A stretch of 64,000 nucleotides of DNA from the human T2T-CHM13v2.0 reference genome, Homo sapiens: the NCBI RefSeq assembly GCF_009914755.1, contig NC_060933.1; one strand, written 5' to 3'. The notes under the pieces are model-generated. The model saw only the letters and a program-made list of their open reading frames with translations. It was not told the origin of the DNA and searched no databases. This document shows positions 1-13,665 of this stretch, in pieces (within the stretch, counting starts at the first letter, position 1; each line of letters opens with the position of its first letter). Position numbers and translations under genes: made by a program.

Positions 1-38
1 TAGATGATACATAAAGCACTTTTGATAAACTGAGGTTA

Positions 39-266
39 CAGTTTGAGTATCCTATATCCAAAATGCTTGGAACAAGCAGTGTTTCGAATTTTTTATTTTT
101 TCACATTTTGAAATATTTGCATTATATACTTAACCAGTTGGGCATCCTTAAGCTGAAAATCTAAAATCTGAAATGCATGATGAGTACTTCCCTTGAGCAT
201 TATGTTGGTGCTCAAAAAGTTTCAGATTTGGGAGTATTTCGGATTTCAGATTTTCGGCTCAACTGG
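39..266. mobile_element. Tigger4a/MER46A-type DNA transposon (TcMar) MITE
   Basis: TA-flanked; CAG(G/T)TTGAGTATCC...CTCAACTG terminal inverted repeats; internal AAAATGCTTGG and GCTCAAAAAGTTTCAGATTT motifs. Confidence 0.75.
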
Positions 267-535
267 TACTTCATTTCATACATAACAGACTAATCTCTCC
301 ACCTTAGCTGGGACCAGTACAAAATGAGAAATAACTGTGATAGGTACTATACAATTAACTCTCTCAATACCCATTTCAACTGCCCTTTTCCCTTGTCACA
401 TTCTACCACAACAGACACGAAAGCTACAAACTCCCATTCTCACATTCCCCTGCAGGTGCCCATTACTACTTGTCACAGACAAAGATGAAATGACAACTGA
501 CAACTGGGTGACCTCTAGCAGTGTCTACAAAGCCA

Positions 536-657
536 TTTATTTTCCCTGAGAGCATAAAGGTCGAAGTGGCAGGCGTCTTTTTCATTTGGTATAAATGCCA
601 ACAGTAGTTTAAGTTTATGGTGAAGATTCCAAAATCATGCTCCAGGGGGCCCTGGAC
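536..657 (-). other. RFX3: Candidate alternative terminal exon of RFX3 (acceptor at 658-659, stop at 615-617, AATAAA at 536-541)
   Basis: tttttcactctacttatttgttgtatag|G TCC AGG GCC CCC TGG AGC ATG ATT TTG GAA TCT TCA CCA TAA, then AATAAA and a GT-rich downstream tract. Confidence 0.5.
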
Positions 658-744
658 CTATACAACAAATAAGTAGAGTGAAAAACATTCACAGTGTGTC
701 TAAAATATGTAAAGAGGTATAGATTTAATACGGTAACAGAAATT

Positions 745-1750
745 TACTGACTTTATTATGTGCCAATCACCTAAGCAAATGTAAATAAAACAAAATGCCA
801 AGTTCGCATTCAGGGAGAGTTCTTCCTACTATGGGAAACATAAACAAGCATTCACAGTACAATGCTGTAAGTAAAAGTCAGGGGATAATGTTGCCCTTTA
901 TAAGGGAAGGATAAGCTAACTGCAGAGAAGGAGAGTCAGGGTCCATGTCACAAAGAAGGGAGTGACATGTCTGTCTATAAAGATCACACTAGACTGGGTT
1001 TAGGGAGACTGGGAGGAAAGGAGAGAAGACAGAGAATGCTATTTCAGCAGAGAAAACGGCATGTCCAAAAACATAGAAGTATGAAAGGGGAATATTTGGG
1101 GAAAAATGCACAAAATTGGTTATGCCTAGAAGGTAGAAAATAAGGCGGAGGTAGGAATGCGGAGAATGCCAGTGTGGAAAGTTAGATTTTATTTTATAGG
1201 TAATGGAGGTAGTGTTAGGCAGTAGTGATGTGGGTAGATTCAGTGACCAAATATAGTAAGAAAAGAAAGAAGCCAGAGTCAATGAAAAGCTTCCAGTTTT
1301 GTATCATCTATTATTGTACCAGGCTCTGTATTAGGTACTTTAAATATATTTCCTTGTATCCTTGCAAAAACCCAATAAGAGTGAAATTATTCTCCTTCCC
1401 CTTCCATGGTAACAATAACAAAAAGCTCAGAATATTTAAGTACATTGGTCACAATTATAAAACGAATACAAAATTAACCAGAATTCTGTTTTTAGTTATA
1501 ATAATAATAGATAACAACAACTGAACTCACATGTCATGCACACTTCTGGTGTTGAGTTATTACAGTAGTGAATAAAAACAAAAAAAGTCCTGCCTCCATG
1601 GAACTTATAGGTTGACATCACGGAAATAAATGAAATCACTCAAGGAAAGAGTAGATGTAGTAAGAATAAAGACAGCAGAGGTTATCATCCTGGAGTATAC
1701 CAACACTGATGGGAGGTGGGCAGAAGAGTCAGTGAGAGAACCTGAATTCA
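745..1750. mobile_element. Degraded L2/MIR fragments
   Basis: TTTACTGA...ATGTGCCA L2 3'-end-like motif; MIR-core-like segment near 1300-1470. Confidence 0.45.
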
Positions 1751-2443
1751 TTTTAAGTTAACCGAGGAAGCCAACAGGTTGCAAACAAAAAACCCAATTT
1801 GGAAACAATCCTTGCGACTTACAATAATTCTTAGTTCCTTTATTTATAACAACATTCTGCATCTTATTGCAAAGTAGCCAAGAAGCCCAAATAAAATAAA
1901 TTTACAAATTTATATTATTGTTGATGCAAAAGAGATAAGCTGGTTTCGGGCAGGGGGCAGGTTTAGATAGGAAAGTAACATTTATTATCAGACATTTTTA
2001 TGTGGAATATCTCATTCTGAAAATGTTCAAAAATCCCAAACTCCTAATATACTAGTTTTATATTCATTTACATGCAAATACATCACATAAAAATTGACCT
2101 CGTATAATAAAACAAAAAGCATAGAGTTTAGAAGCTATCATTAAAATACAGATATCACTAACAAGGGGTATATACATTTTTTCTCTACATAGGAAGAACT
2201 ATTAAAGGGCATAAGACTTTAAATAATTTAAAATATCCTATGGGGTTAAGTGAAAGGAAAATGAGTGCATATTCTTAATAAATATAGACAAAAGCTCTAA
2301 ACATCAGCTTAATTTCAATAACTGTTCTAGTAGAAAATTACTTTGAAAACAAGGAAACAATCTGGGAATAGTGGGAGGTGTTCAAAAGTACATTATTTTT
2401 CTCTGAGTGGGGGAATTAAAAAGACTTCCACATATAAACTTAC

Positions 2444-2541
2444 ATTGCTCCATTGGTATAGACAGTATCGCTTCCTTCCACATACTGCACCTGAGCGGGA
2501 TAGACATGTTGTACCTGCTGCACAGTCTGTACCTGCTGTAC
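2444..2541 (-). CDS. RFX3: RFX3 second coding exon (98 nt, codons 40-72)
   Basis: Minus strand tttttcag|GTA CAG CAG GTA CAG ACT...AAT GGA GCA AT|gtaagt gives VQQVQTVQQVQHVYPAQVQYVEGSDTVYTNGA(I), continuing the previous exon in frame. Confidence 0.97.
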
Positions 2542-2815
2542 CTGAAAAACAAGTATTAGGACCTTGGTAAGAGGTAGGTATGATAGGAAGAATACAGAGC
2601 ATTAGATCTATCTCAAAGGTTTATCCGGTATTATTGATAAATTTGAGAAAGACTGATAAGAAAAACTATTAGATTCATGTCATAGTTTCAAGATAAGCAT
2701 GTGTTGATTCCAGAGCAACTGCAACATTTATGCTGAATAAATTCTGTAACTTCCCTGCAGGTATAAATGTATAGACACATTTCAACTGTTCAGGTTTAAA
2801 ATTATGAAAGTTCTT

Positions 2816-3130
<315 letters not shown>

Positions 3131-3318
3131 TTATGAAATTCTATTCCAATTTAATTTTAAAAAGCTGATTTTTTTAAATTAAGAACAATTCATAATAGAA
3201 AATTTCAAACACTCAAATATGTAAAAAATCCTGTAATAACCCTATGTACTTGTCATCCAAGATAAATTATCTTTTCTGTTTATTCCCTTCACAGGATTAT
3301 TTAAAAGTAATTCCAGAA

Positions 3319-3614
<296 letters not shown>

Positions 3615-3619
3615 GGAAT

Positions 3620-5570
3620 TCCAGAGATTATATCATTTCACTGGTAAATATTTTCATTTGTATTTCTAAGAGATAGGAATTGTTTTTAGCTGGAACACAA
3701 TAATATCATTTATGAAACATTAACTATTCCTTAACATCATCTAAAACTCAGTCATTGTTAAAATTTCCCTGATGAGTCCAATCACTATAGTATTGGTTTT
3801 TTCAAAGTAAGATCCAAACATGGTCTACATAATAATGCATTTGGGTTGATATTTTCTTTCTCTTTGAATCTCCAAGTTCCCTTATCCTTTTTATTTCCCG
3901 CCTATTACTTATTCAAGAAACTGGGTCATTTATCTTGGAGAATTTCTGGCATCTAGACTGATAAACAGCATCCTGAAATGTCATTTAATAAGTTCCTCTA
4001 TTTCATGTATGCTGTATAAACTGGTATATGTTGGGGCTTGAACAAGTTCAATTTTTTAAAAGTTGTGTACTTAGTATTGTACCATATCAGTTGACATATA
4101 ACAACTGGCTGTCCCTCTGCAATGTTAAGTTTCACTAGTGGAGTCATATGTTGCCACCTGGGTCTATCTATTAATAGTATCCTGCTCCCTATCCACGTTT
4201 CGCCTGAGGATATTAGTAGCCATTGATGATCATTTCCTACAGATATTATGTTAAATAATAAAGGTTGTAAACTTGCGGTAGTCTAATTCTATTATTCTTT
4301 CTTCATTTATTAGCAAAATCCTTCTATAAAGAATAAATTCCTCTCATTAATTATTTAGTTACTTTGAAATAAAGTTTTTATGGGAAAAATAGGATAAGTA
4401 CATGATTCTTTTTATATTACAGTACTGAAAATGACTTTATCCCCCAGTACCCTCCAGAGGTGATCGGTGTGGTTTTTTATTTTGTTTTTGTTTGTATCCT
4501 TACGATTCTCAGCTTTTGAACATATTTAATGATTTTCAATCCTAGCAATCTTTTTTTCTTGCTAAAATTGTCCCATTGTTGGCCAATGGTAGCCTCTTCT
4601 AACTAGTTCCTATGACATAACCCCACCATCTTTCTTAACTCTGCTACTTTCTGTTATAACAAGATGCTTCAGGCTTATGTCATATTTCCTACTCAAGATC
4701 TGGAATCAGACATTTCTTCAAAAAAGCCCTGGCTCTTCTTAGTGGAAAATGGAATTCAAAGACTACAATTGGGACCCATTAATGCTTGCTGCTAGGATGC
4801 TATTCATATTTCTAGGTCTTTTCATTGAACCAAGCTAGAAATACACATATTTTTTGAAGGATAAAAATACATATCATAAATTCATAGTAATTTTTTCATT
4901 GAATTTTAAATATATACAAATTAAATATATCTTGGATATATTTGTCCATCTTTGCTCTTATGGTACAAATTTTGGTTACTGGAGATTTTAACATGATTAC
5001 TTATTTGCTTTATCATGAAATTTTATGGTTTCAAAATAAAAATATCATATTACTAATATTTGATTATCAAATATTGTTTCCTTCAATTTTCTGCCCTTAA
5101 GATATATGCCCCTAGAGATGTGTAATTTGTATTACTATAAAGTCACTTAAAATAAGTCATCAGCTTGATACGCAGTTAAATTCATGTATTTAATTTTCTT
5201 TTTAATTTTAGGATTTGCTGTATTTAATTTTGATTTAATTTTGTTTTATGATTACATGAAATATCTATGTGGTTCCAAAGCCAAAACTATAAAACAGGCA
5301 ATATATTTGGACAGATGACCCTCCTTTCACCCCTGCTGCTTCTATCTTACTTACTGCCCCCACACCCCCAACAGGTAACCATTTTCACTATGTTTAGGTT
5401 TATCCTTTCATTGCCTTTCTTTTTCTCTATATCTTTTTAGACAAACGTGCAAATGTATATGAATGTGTATAGAAGTGCCCACGTGTGAATACATACACAC
5501 CTCATTCTAAGAAAAAACAAAGCATTTTATACACACTGTTCTGAACCTTGCTTCTTAAACTTAACAATAT
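3620..5570 (-). mobile_element. Old L1M (L1MC/MD-like) 3' region, degraded
   Basis: T-rich, with an L1M 3'UTR-like pattern; boundaries approximate. Confidence 0.5.
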
Positions 5571-5799
5571 AGAATAAATTTGAAGATCATTCAAGTATGA
5601 AATATTATGACATAAAATAAAAAAGGAATATATTCCTTTTGACTTGGAATTATGAAAAATTTTCCTCACTACAACATTCAGAAGTGATAAAAATACTTTT
5701 AAATAAAATTGTAAACCTGTTTGCAAGGATAAAAATATAATAAGCAAAACCGAAGACAAATGAGCATCCAAAACTTTGAGAAAGATTGATAATCCTATT

Positions 5800-7045
5800 A
5801 AAAAAATGTGTAGAAAATCTAGATAACCTTGGGTTTGGTGATGCCTTTTTAGACATAACACCAAAGGTGTAATTCATGGAACAAATAATTCACAAGCTGG
5901 ATTTCATTAAATGGAAAATTTCTACTTTGAAAGACACTGTGAAGAAAATGAAAAGACAAGCCACAAACTGGGGAAGAATATTTGCAATACTGATCTGATT
6001 AAGGATTGTTATCCAAAATTTACAAAGAGCTCTTAAAACTCAACAATAAGAAAATAAACAAGCTGATTTTAAAAGGGCCAAAGACCTTAATACAGATGAC
6101 AAATAAGGATATGCAAATATTCTCCCATCATAAGATACCAAAATCTAAAATGCTGAATTAGAATGGCCAAAATCCAGAACACTGATAATACTAAATGCTA
6201 GCAGGGATGTGAGAAATATAGAAACTCTCATTCATTGTTGGGAGGGATGGAAAATGGTAGACACTTGGGAAGGCACGTTGGTAGTTTCTAACAACACTAA
6301 ACATAATCTAGTCATATGATCCAGTAATCATGTTCCCTGGTGTTTACCCAAGGAGTTGTAAACTTACGTATACACAAAAACAGGCAAACACGTTTATAAC
6401 AACTTTATTCATAATTGCTAGAACTTGGTAACAACCAAGATGTCCTTCAGAAGGTGGACGGAAGAATAAACTGCACTACACATCAAAACAATGAAATATT
6501 GTTTTCATTAATTCCAATAATGGAATATTATTCTGCAGTGAAAAGAAATGAACTACCAAGCCATGAAATGACATGAGAGAACTTGAATGCGTATGACCAA
6601 GTGAAAGAAGGTAATCTGAAAAGGTTACATACTGTAGGATTTCAACTATCTGACATTCTGGAAAAGGTCAAATGACCGAGACAGTAAAAAGATCAGTGGC
6701 TGCCAGCCACTGGGGGAAAGGAGAGATGAACAGGCAGGGCCCATAGGATTTGTAGAACAGTGAAACTACTCTGCATGATACTGTAATGGTGGATACATGT
6801 CATTATACATTTGTTCAAAACCATAGAATGCACAACACCGAGAATGAACTCTAATATAAATTTTAGACTTTGGGTGATAATGATGTGTCAATGTAGGTTC
6901 ATCAGTTATAACAAATGTACCTCTCTGGTGGGGAATGTTTATAATGGAAGAGGCTATTCATGTGTGAAGCGAGGGGTTTTATGGAAATCTCTGTACCTTC
7001 CTCTTAATTTTGCAGTAATACTAAAGGTGCTTTAGAAAAATGAAG
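5800..7045 (+). mobile_element. L1MC-type ORF2 end and 3'UTR
   Basis: AAAATGAAAAGACAAGCCACAAACTGGG, ACAACCAAGATGTCCTTCA, GGAAATCTCTGTACCTTCCTC motifs. Confidence 0.8.
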
Positions 7046-8655
7046 TGTTCTCAAGAAACTAAAATCTTTTTTTTAAAGTGTGTATGCACATATATATGTA
7101 AATATACAAACATATACTAGTTTAATTAAATAATATAAAAATGAATAGGATAAAATAAAATCATGCCAATATTTATAGACTAGAAATGATGAAACCTCCC
7201 TAGAAACATTCAAGAGCCAGATGCCATAAGAGCAAGTCAGATTTGAACTAACAACAACAACAACAACAACAAAGACAGTTTAGGACAACTAACAACATAA
7301 ACAAAGTTCAAAATCTAGACATATAATTGAATAAATAGTTTGCAACGTACTTAATAAGGTATAGTATCCCACATATATAAATACTCCCTATGAATCAATA
7401 AAAAAAGAACTAAAACATGTTAGAACATAGGTGGGTGGGTCACAAAATTAAAATTATAGATGAACGATAAATGTAAATGTTAAAAGCTCAACATTAAACA
7501 TAATCAGATAACTTCAAATGAAAAGAAAACTACTTTTTACTCTCTAGAACTATAAAAATTACCAAAGGGATTATATTAATTAAAGACAATATTTTAAGAA
7601 AACGAGCATGCTTACATATAGTTAGTAGTAATATAAATAGGTTCTTTAGGCAATTTAAAGGTAATTTATAAGCAGGCATATCATTTGACATTTTTGTGAA
7701 TTTATTCAACAAGAAAACTCAATATCTGAAGAGTTGCTGTACAAAAAAATTTCAAAAAATACGTAATTTATAAGAAAAAGGAAAACTTTAATGATGATGA
7801 AATCTGACATTATGAAGTGAATCTTAGTTCAACCATTCCATAGAATACATGGCTGATATAAAAGAATAAAGTAAGATATATATGTATTTTAGGCAAGATT
7901 GCCAATACATATTACTAAGTTTAAAAAGTATGTTGTGGAACAATACTTATTCTTACAGTATGATTAGCTTTGTGTATACAAAAATAAATTTATGAATATA
8001 TAAACATAAACAAAATGTGTGTATGTGTGTGTGCATATATATATACATATCAGCATATATGTTCGTATGTGTATACAAATTCATATAAACAAGAATAGAA
8101 GGATATACACCAAACTTCTAAAAATGGTAACTCTGCTGAGTGACATGAAAAGAGGTGAGGGGGTGAAAAAACTATCATCTTTTATTCTGCATATTTATAT
8201 TGCTCTTAGATTTTTTTAAGTGAAAATAAATTAATATATTACATACATATTAAAATCATATTAAACATAAAATCATACTTAAGGTCTTACCACTATGGCT
8301 GATCACATCTTAAACTTCTCTGCACCTTACACATTATGCACCTTACACATCATATTAAAACGTATTGAAAGATTATAAGACTTCCACTTCAGGCCATGCT
8401 GGAGTAAATACTACGGGAAATGCCCTGCCACATGAAACAAATAGAAAACTTGACAAAATATGTAAAATGATGTTTTCAGTCATGTGACAAAAGGCATCAT
8501 AAGATGGTGATCCTTAAGAGAATGGACACAAACAAGGTGAATCCTGCCATGATCCTGGGTTCTGACCTAGAACCATTTTCCACATTGCAGAACAGGAACA
8601 GAGAAACTAGGACAGAATGATGGTCTCACTGAGATAAGGAAACAAAGATTAGAAA

Positions 8656-9148
8656 TATAAAGACACGTGCACACGTATGTTTATTGCGGCACTATTCACA
8701 ATAGCAAAGACTTGGAACCAACCCAAATGTCCAACAATGATAGACTGGATTAAGAAAATGTGGCACATATACACCATGGAATACTATGCAGCCATAAAAA
8801 ATGATGAGTTCACGTCCTTTGTAGGGACATGGATGAAACTGGAAATCATCATTCTCAGCAAACTATCGCAAGGACAAAAAACCAAACACGGCATGTTCTC
8901 ACTCATAGGTGGGAATTGAACAATGAGAACACATGGACACAGGAAGGGGAACATCACACTCTGGGGACTGTTGTGGGGTAGGGGGAGGGGGGAGGGATAG
9001 CATTAGGAGATATACCTAATGCTAAATGACGAGTTAATGGGTGCAGCACACCAGCATGGCACATGTATACATATGTAACTAACCTGCACATTGTGCACAT
9101 GTACCCTAAAACTTAAAGTATAATAATACTAAAATAAAATAAAATAAA
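8656..9148 (+). mobile_element. 5'-truncated L1PA (approx. PA2-4) 3' end
   Basis: ORF2 C-terminus MFIAALFTIAKTWNQPKCP...FSLIGGN; G-rich 3'UTR; non-Ta GAG and CTTAAAGTAT diagnostics; A-rich tail. Confidence 0.92.
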
Positions 9149-10089
9149 GAAATGGGGAGGCTTAATGGCAGCTGAAATGTGGGAGCAGAGTATTAAAGAA
9201 GGCATTAGAGAAAACGACAGCAACAGACCCAAGAGAATCTCTCATCATTTTCTGAACTGCACAAGTGTAAGGTGCAGAGATGGTTTAAGATGTGATTACC
9301 CATAGTGGTAAGACTGTAGTGAACACCTAGGGCATTCTGTAGATATACCAGAAGGAGTAAAGCCTTAGTAGTAGGGCTGTACTAGCTCTAGAGTAAAGAC
9401 AACTTTAGGCTCATCCTAATGAAGCTAAAAAACAAGCCTTGACAATATCTGAATTACAAGCAGTGTAACTGACTACCCAAAACAAAATGTAATATGTTTA
9501 AAGGAAGACAGCAAAATCCAGACTTACAATACCATAAGAATCATAATGCCTAGCATATAATAAATAACAAAATTAGACATATAAAGAAGCAGGGAAGTGT
9601 GACCTGTAATCAGGAGAAAAATCAATCAATAGAAACAGACCTTGAAATGATAGAAATGAACTAGCAGGCAGAAACTTTAAAACAGCTATTATGAATAGAC
9701 TTATGATTTAAGCGAAAACATGACCGTGCTGAGAAAAAAAGAAAGAAGCTACAAAGAAGAACCAAGTACTATTTGTAGAGTAGGAAAATACAATATGTAA
9801 AATTAAAATTTCACTGGTTAGGATTAAAAGCAGACAATACAATGAAAATGTATACCACTTAAAATGAAAGCTTAGCAATAAAATCTACCTACCATGAAGA
9901 ACAGAGGCAAAAAAGAAATGATGAGAAATAAAGTATCAATGAACTAGGGGACAGTATTTAGTAGTCTCAGACAGAGAAGTAACAGAAAACATACTGAATA
10001 AAGAGTGGTAGATTTCTTTTTCCAAATTTGATTGAAATGATAAACACGAACAGAAGAACATCATCAATGTACAGACAAAGAAGCCAAAG

Positions 10090-10175
10090 TTGCAGGATCC
10101 ACTGAGGCCAGAAATTTAAGCCTAGCCAGGGCAACACAGCAAGACCCCATCTCTACCAAAAAACATTTTAAAAAA
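10090..10175 (+). mobile_element. Alu left-monomer fragment (FLAM-like)
   Basis: GGATCCACTGAGGCCAG...GGCAACACAGCAAGACCCCATCTCTAC + A-tract. Confidence 0.6.
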
Positions 10176-11932
10176 TGAATAAAGAACATTAAACCAAAGT
10201 GCATTATAATTAATATGCTAGACCCAGTAATAAAGAGAAAAAAATTAAGCAGACAAAAAAAGATAGATACCAGGCAGCAAATATTAGAATGACTGAAAAC
10301 TTCTCAGTGAAAAATAATGCAAGTCTAAGACAAAAAAAACAGCTTTAAAGTAGTGACAGAAAAATATTTCAAACTAAATTTCCATAACCAGTGAAATAGC
10401 CTTCAAAAATGAAGAGAGGATCCTTTTTCTGACAAACAAAAATACTTCTCCAGCAGACAGCCAATGAAGATAATGACAAAAGAAGTTCTTCAGACTAAAG
10501 AAAAAGAATACTAGATGGAAACTGAGATCTACATAAAGAAATGAGAAACATCAGAAATAATAAATTTTTAGGTAAGTTATAGGGATTTTTTGTTTTCTTA
10601 TCTTTTACTTTTCTGTAAAAAGTTATAGGGATTTTTTGTTTTCTTATCTTTTACTTTTCTGACTATGTAGAGCAAAAATAATAACAATGCCTAGTGGGGC
10701 TTACAACATATGTAGAAGTGAAATGCAGGAATGACAAAAATAGCACAAAGGACAGAAGAGGGAATTGAAAATACTCTTTTATAATATTCATATATATTTA
10801 GTGGTAAATTATTGGTTGAACACAGACTGATAAATACATATTTTTTAAATCTTTGAATACTAAAGAAAAAAATAATGAAGATAGAGTGTCATACTAGAAA
10901 ACACTGAATAAATCTAATAGAAAGCAAAAATAAAGGAAATAAAAGAACAGATGGGACAAATAAAAAACAAATAACAAGACACTAGAATTAAATGCAACCA
11001 TATCAATAATTACCTGGAATCTACAAGATTCATATCCTAATTGTCAGAGTGGGTAAAAATGGGTGAGATCCAACTATATGCTATCCACCAAAACACACTT
11101 TAAATATACAGAAACAGGTTAAAAATAAAAGGATATAAAGAGATAAATCTTGCAAATGCCAATTATAAGAAAAAATGGACTGGCTATATTAATATCAGTC
11201 AAAGTAGACTTCAGGACAAAGAATATTACCAGAGAAAAAGAGAAATATTTCATTAAGAAAAATATCAAGAAATAATAAATCCTACATGTCTTTGCTCCTA
11301 AAGACAGAGTTTCAGAAGACATGAAGCAAAAACTGATATAACGGAAAGAAGAAAATTTAAAAATCCAGTTACAATTGGAGACTTCAGCATTCTTTTTTCC
11401 ATAGTTGATACGCAAAAAAGACAGAAAATCATTGAGAATACAGAAATTATCAATCAACTTAACCAAAATGACTTTCACGTCATAATCTATGTAACAACAG
11501 CAGAACAGGCATGCTCTGATGCACATGAACATGCATCATGAAAGTTCAGGAATAAATGAGGAATAAAACAAGTCCCAACAAATTTAAAAGTATTAAAACA
11601 ATACAGAGCATGCTCTCTGACCAAAAACATTAAATTCGAAATCGAGGACAAAAAGATATCTTAAAAAGTCCAACATATTTGTAAAACGAACAATATACTT
11701 ATTAATATAATCTATGGTTTATATCATGAAGAAATCACAAGGGAAATTAGACAATGTATTGAATTGAATGTTACTGAAAATATATCATAATTTTCAGAGT
11801 GCAGCCAGAGCCTCGCATAGAGGGAAATTTATAACTTTAAATATATATATTAGGGGGAAAAAAATCTAAGGCAATAACCTAAGTTTCCACTTTGTGTTAA
11901 AAATTGAAGAATATATCAAATCTAGAATAAGT

Positions 11933-11988
11933 GGAAGGAAGGAAGGAAGGAAGGAAGGAAGGAAGGAAGGAAGGAAAGAAGGAAAGAA
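11933..11988 (+). repeat. (GGAA)11 microsatellite
   Basis: 11 perfect GGAA units at 11933-11976, then degenerate units. Confidence 0.95.
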
Positions 11989-12717
11989 GTTAATAAAAGA
12001 AATAAAAATATGAAAACAGAAAAAAATAATTGAAACAAGAAACAGCAAGGTAGACTTATCAAAGAGAAAAAGAAGACACAAATTACAAATTGCAAGGATG
12101 AAAGGGGAAACGTCACTATACATCTTTAAAAAGGTAATAATAAAGACAACGTAGTGTCAATAAATTCAACAACTAAGATGAAATGGAAAAAGTTTATAAA
12201 AGGCCTAAATGACCAAAACTGGCCCCAAAACACCCAATCCCAAATCATATATGTAAACTTGAATTTATTCCCGCAGAGGAAACTCCAGGCCCTGATGGTT
12301 TCACTGGTAAATTGTAGGAAACATGTCAAGAAGAAAAAAATTGCCAATCTAACACAAATGTTTTAAAAAACAGAGAACAACAGAACCTCTCCCAACTGTT
12401 TTTATGAGGCTAGCCTAAAAGTGAGACCCAAACTAGAAAAGACATTACAAGAAAAGAATACTACAAACTAATGTCTCTCATAAACCTAAATGCAAAAATC
12501 TTTAACAAAATATAAGTAGATCTAATCTAATAATATATTTACAGGACAATAAATCATAATCAGGTAGGATTTAACCCAAGAATGCAATGCCAGTTTAATA
12601 TTTAAAAACCCACAAATACAATCCACCATATTTACAATATAAAAGAAAAAAACATATGATCACCTCAATAAATGCCAGAAAAGCATTTGACAAAACTCAA
12701 CGTCCATTCATGATTAA

Positions 12718-12775
12718 ACACACACACACATACACACATGCACACACACGCACACACACACACACACACACACAC
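12718..12775 (+). repeat. Imperfect (CA)n microsatellite
   Basis: Direct reading. Confidence 0.95.
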
Positions 12776-13349
12776 TCAGTAAGCTAAGGATAGAAATTTA
12801 CTTAACCTGACAAAGCATCTATAGAAAAAAATACAAATATTATATTTAATAGTAGGAGACAGATCTTTGGCACTTTCAAAAATACTCACTTTTTTCATAA
12901 TATAATGCCTCCGCTTAAATTATTAAGTGCATCCCAATCATATTTTAGATAAAAACAAAATAACCAGGACACAAAATCATTTCATTAATAATATGTAAAC
13001 CTTGATGGATATTTTCAAACATAGCCTCTCCGCTCCTTTATAATCATCCATTAAAATCTTGTACATTCTTGCTACCTTCTCATCGCTTATATTGTTTTCT
13101 CTACATAAATTATCTCATCAACCAATAGAAATCCACTATTTCCTTTGAGGCCTAATTAAAAATTTAGAGTCTCTACTTTTCTAAATTTTTAAACAAAATA
13201 ATATTTTTATTTTTGCAGTTACAATTACAAGAGAAATTAGAACATATTTTGAATTTAAAGATAATAAAAACACAACATAAAATTTGTGGCACGCAGGAAA
13301 GCAGTATTTAAAGAGAATTTTTATTTAATAGCTTATATTACAACCAAAT

Positions 13350-13665
13350 TTCACCGGAGGCTGGGAAGGGAAATGAGGAAGGGAGGATGAAGAGAAGTTG
13401 GTTAATGGATACAAAAATACAGTTAGATAAAAGTAGTAAGTTCTAGTATTTGGTAGTATAGTAGGGAAATTGTAGTTAACAATAATTTATTATATATTTC
13501 AAAATAGCTAGAAGAATCGTAATGTTCCCAATACCAAGAAAAGATACATGTTTGAGGTGATGGATATCCCAACTACACTGACTGGTTCAGTACATATTGC
13601 ATATGTGTATCAAAATAACACATGTATCCCCGAAATATGAACAACTATAATATATATTTTAAAAA
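13350..13665 (+). mobile_element. L1MA-type 3' end
   Basis: GAGAAGTTGGTTAATGGATACAAAAATACAGTTAGAT...TCAAAATAGCTAGAAGA motifs. Confidence 0.75.

Larger units (their letters stand above)
8380..12870 (+). mobile_element. Old L1M 5'UTR/ORF1/ORF2 remnant, interrupted by younger inserts
   Basis: A-rich; endonuclease/RT-region remnants (AAAGTAGACTTCAGGACAAAG, AAAAGCATTTGACAAAACTCAACGTCCATTCATGAT). Confidence 0.75.

Noticed and set aside
1400-1413. CCTTCCATGGTAAC X-box-like motif
   Set aside because: Three mismatches in the left half-site and located in degraded repeat sequence; expected by chance.
2343-2602. ORF-track ORFs 2343..2570(+) and 2393..2602(-) overlapping the RFX3 exon
   Set aside because: Wrong strand or frame; the true reading frame is set by the splice sites and matches RFX3.
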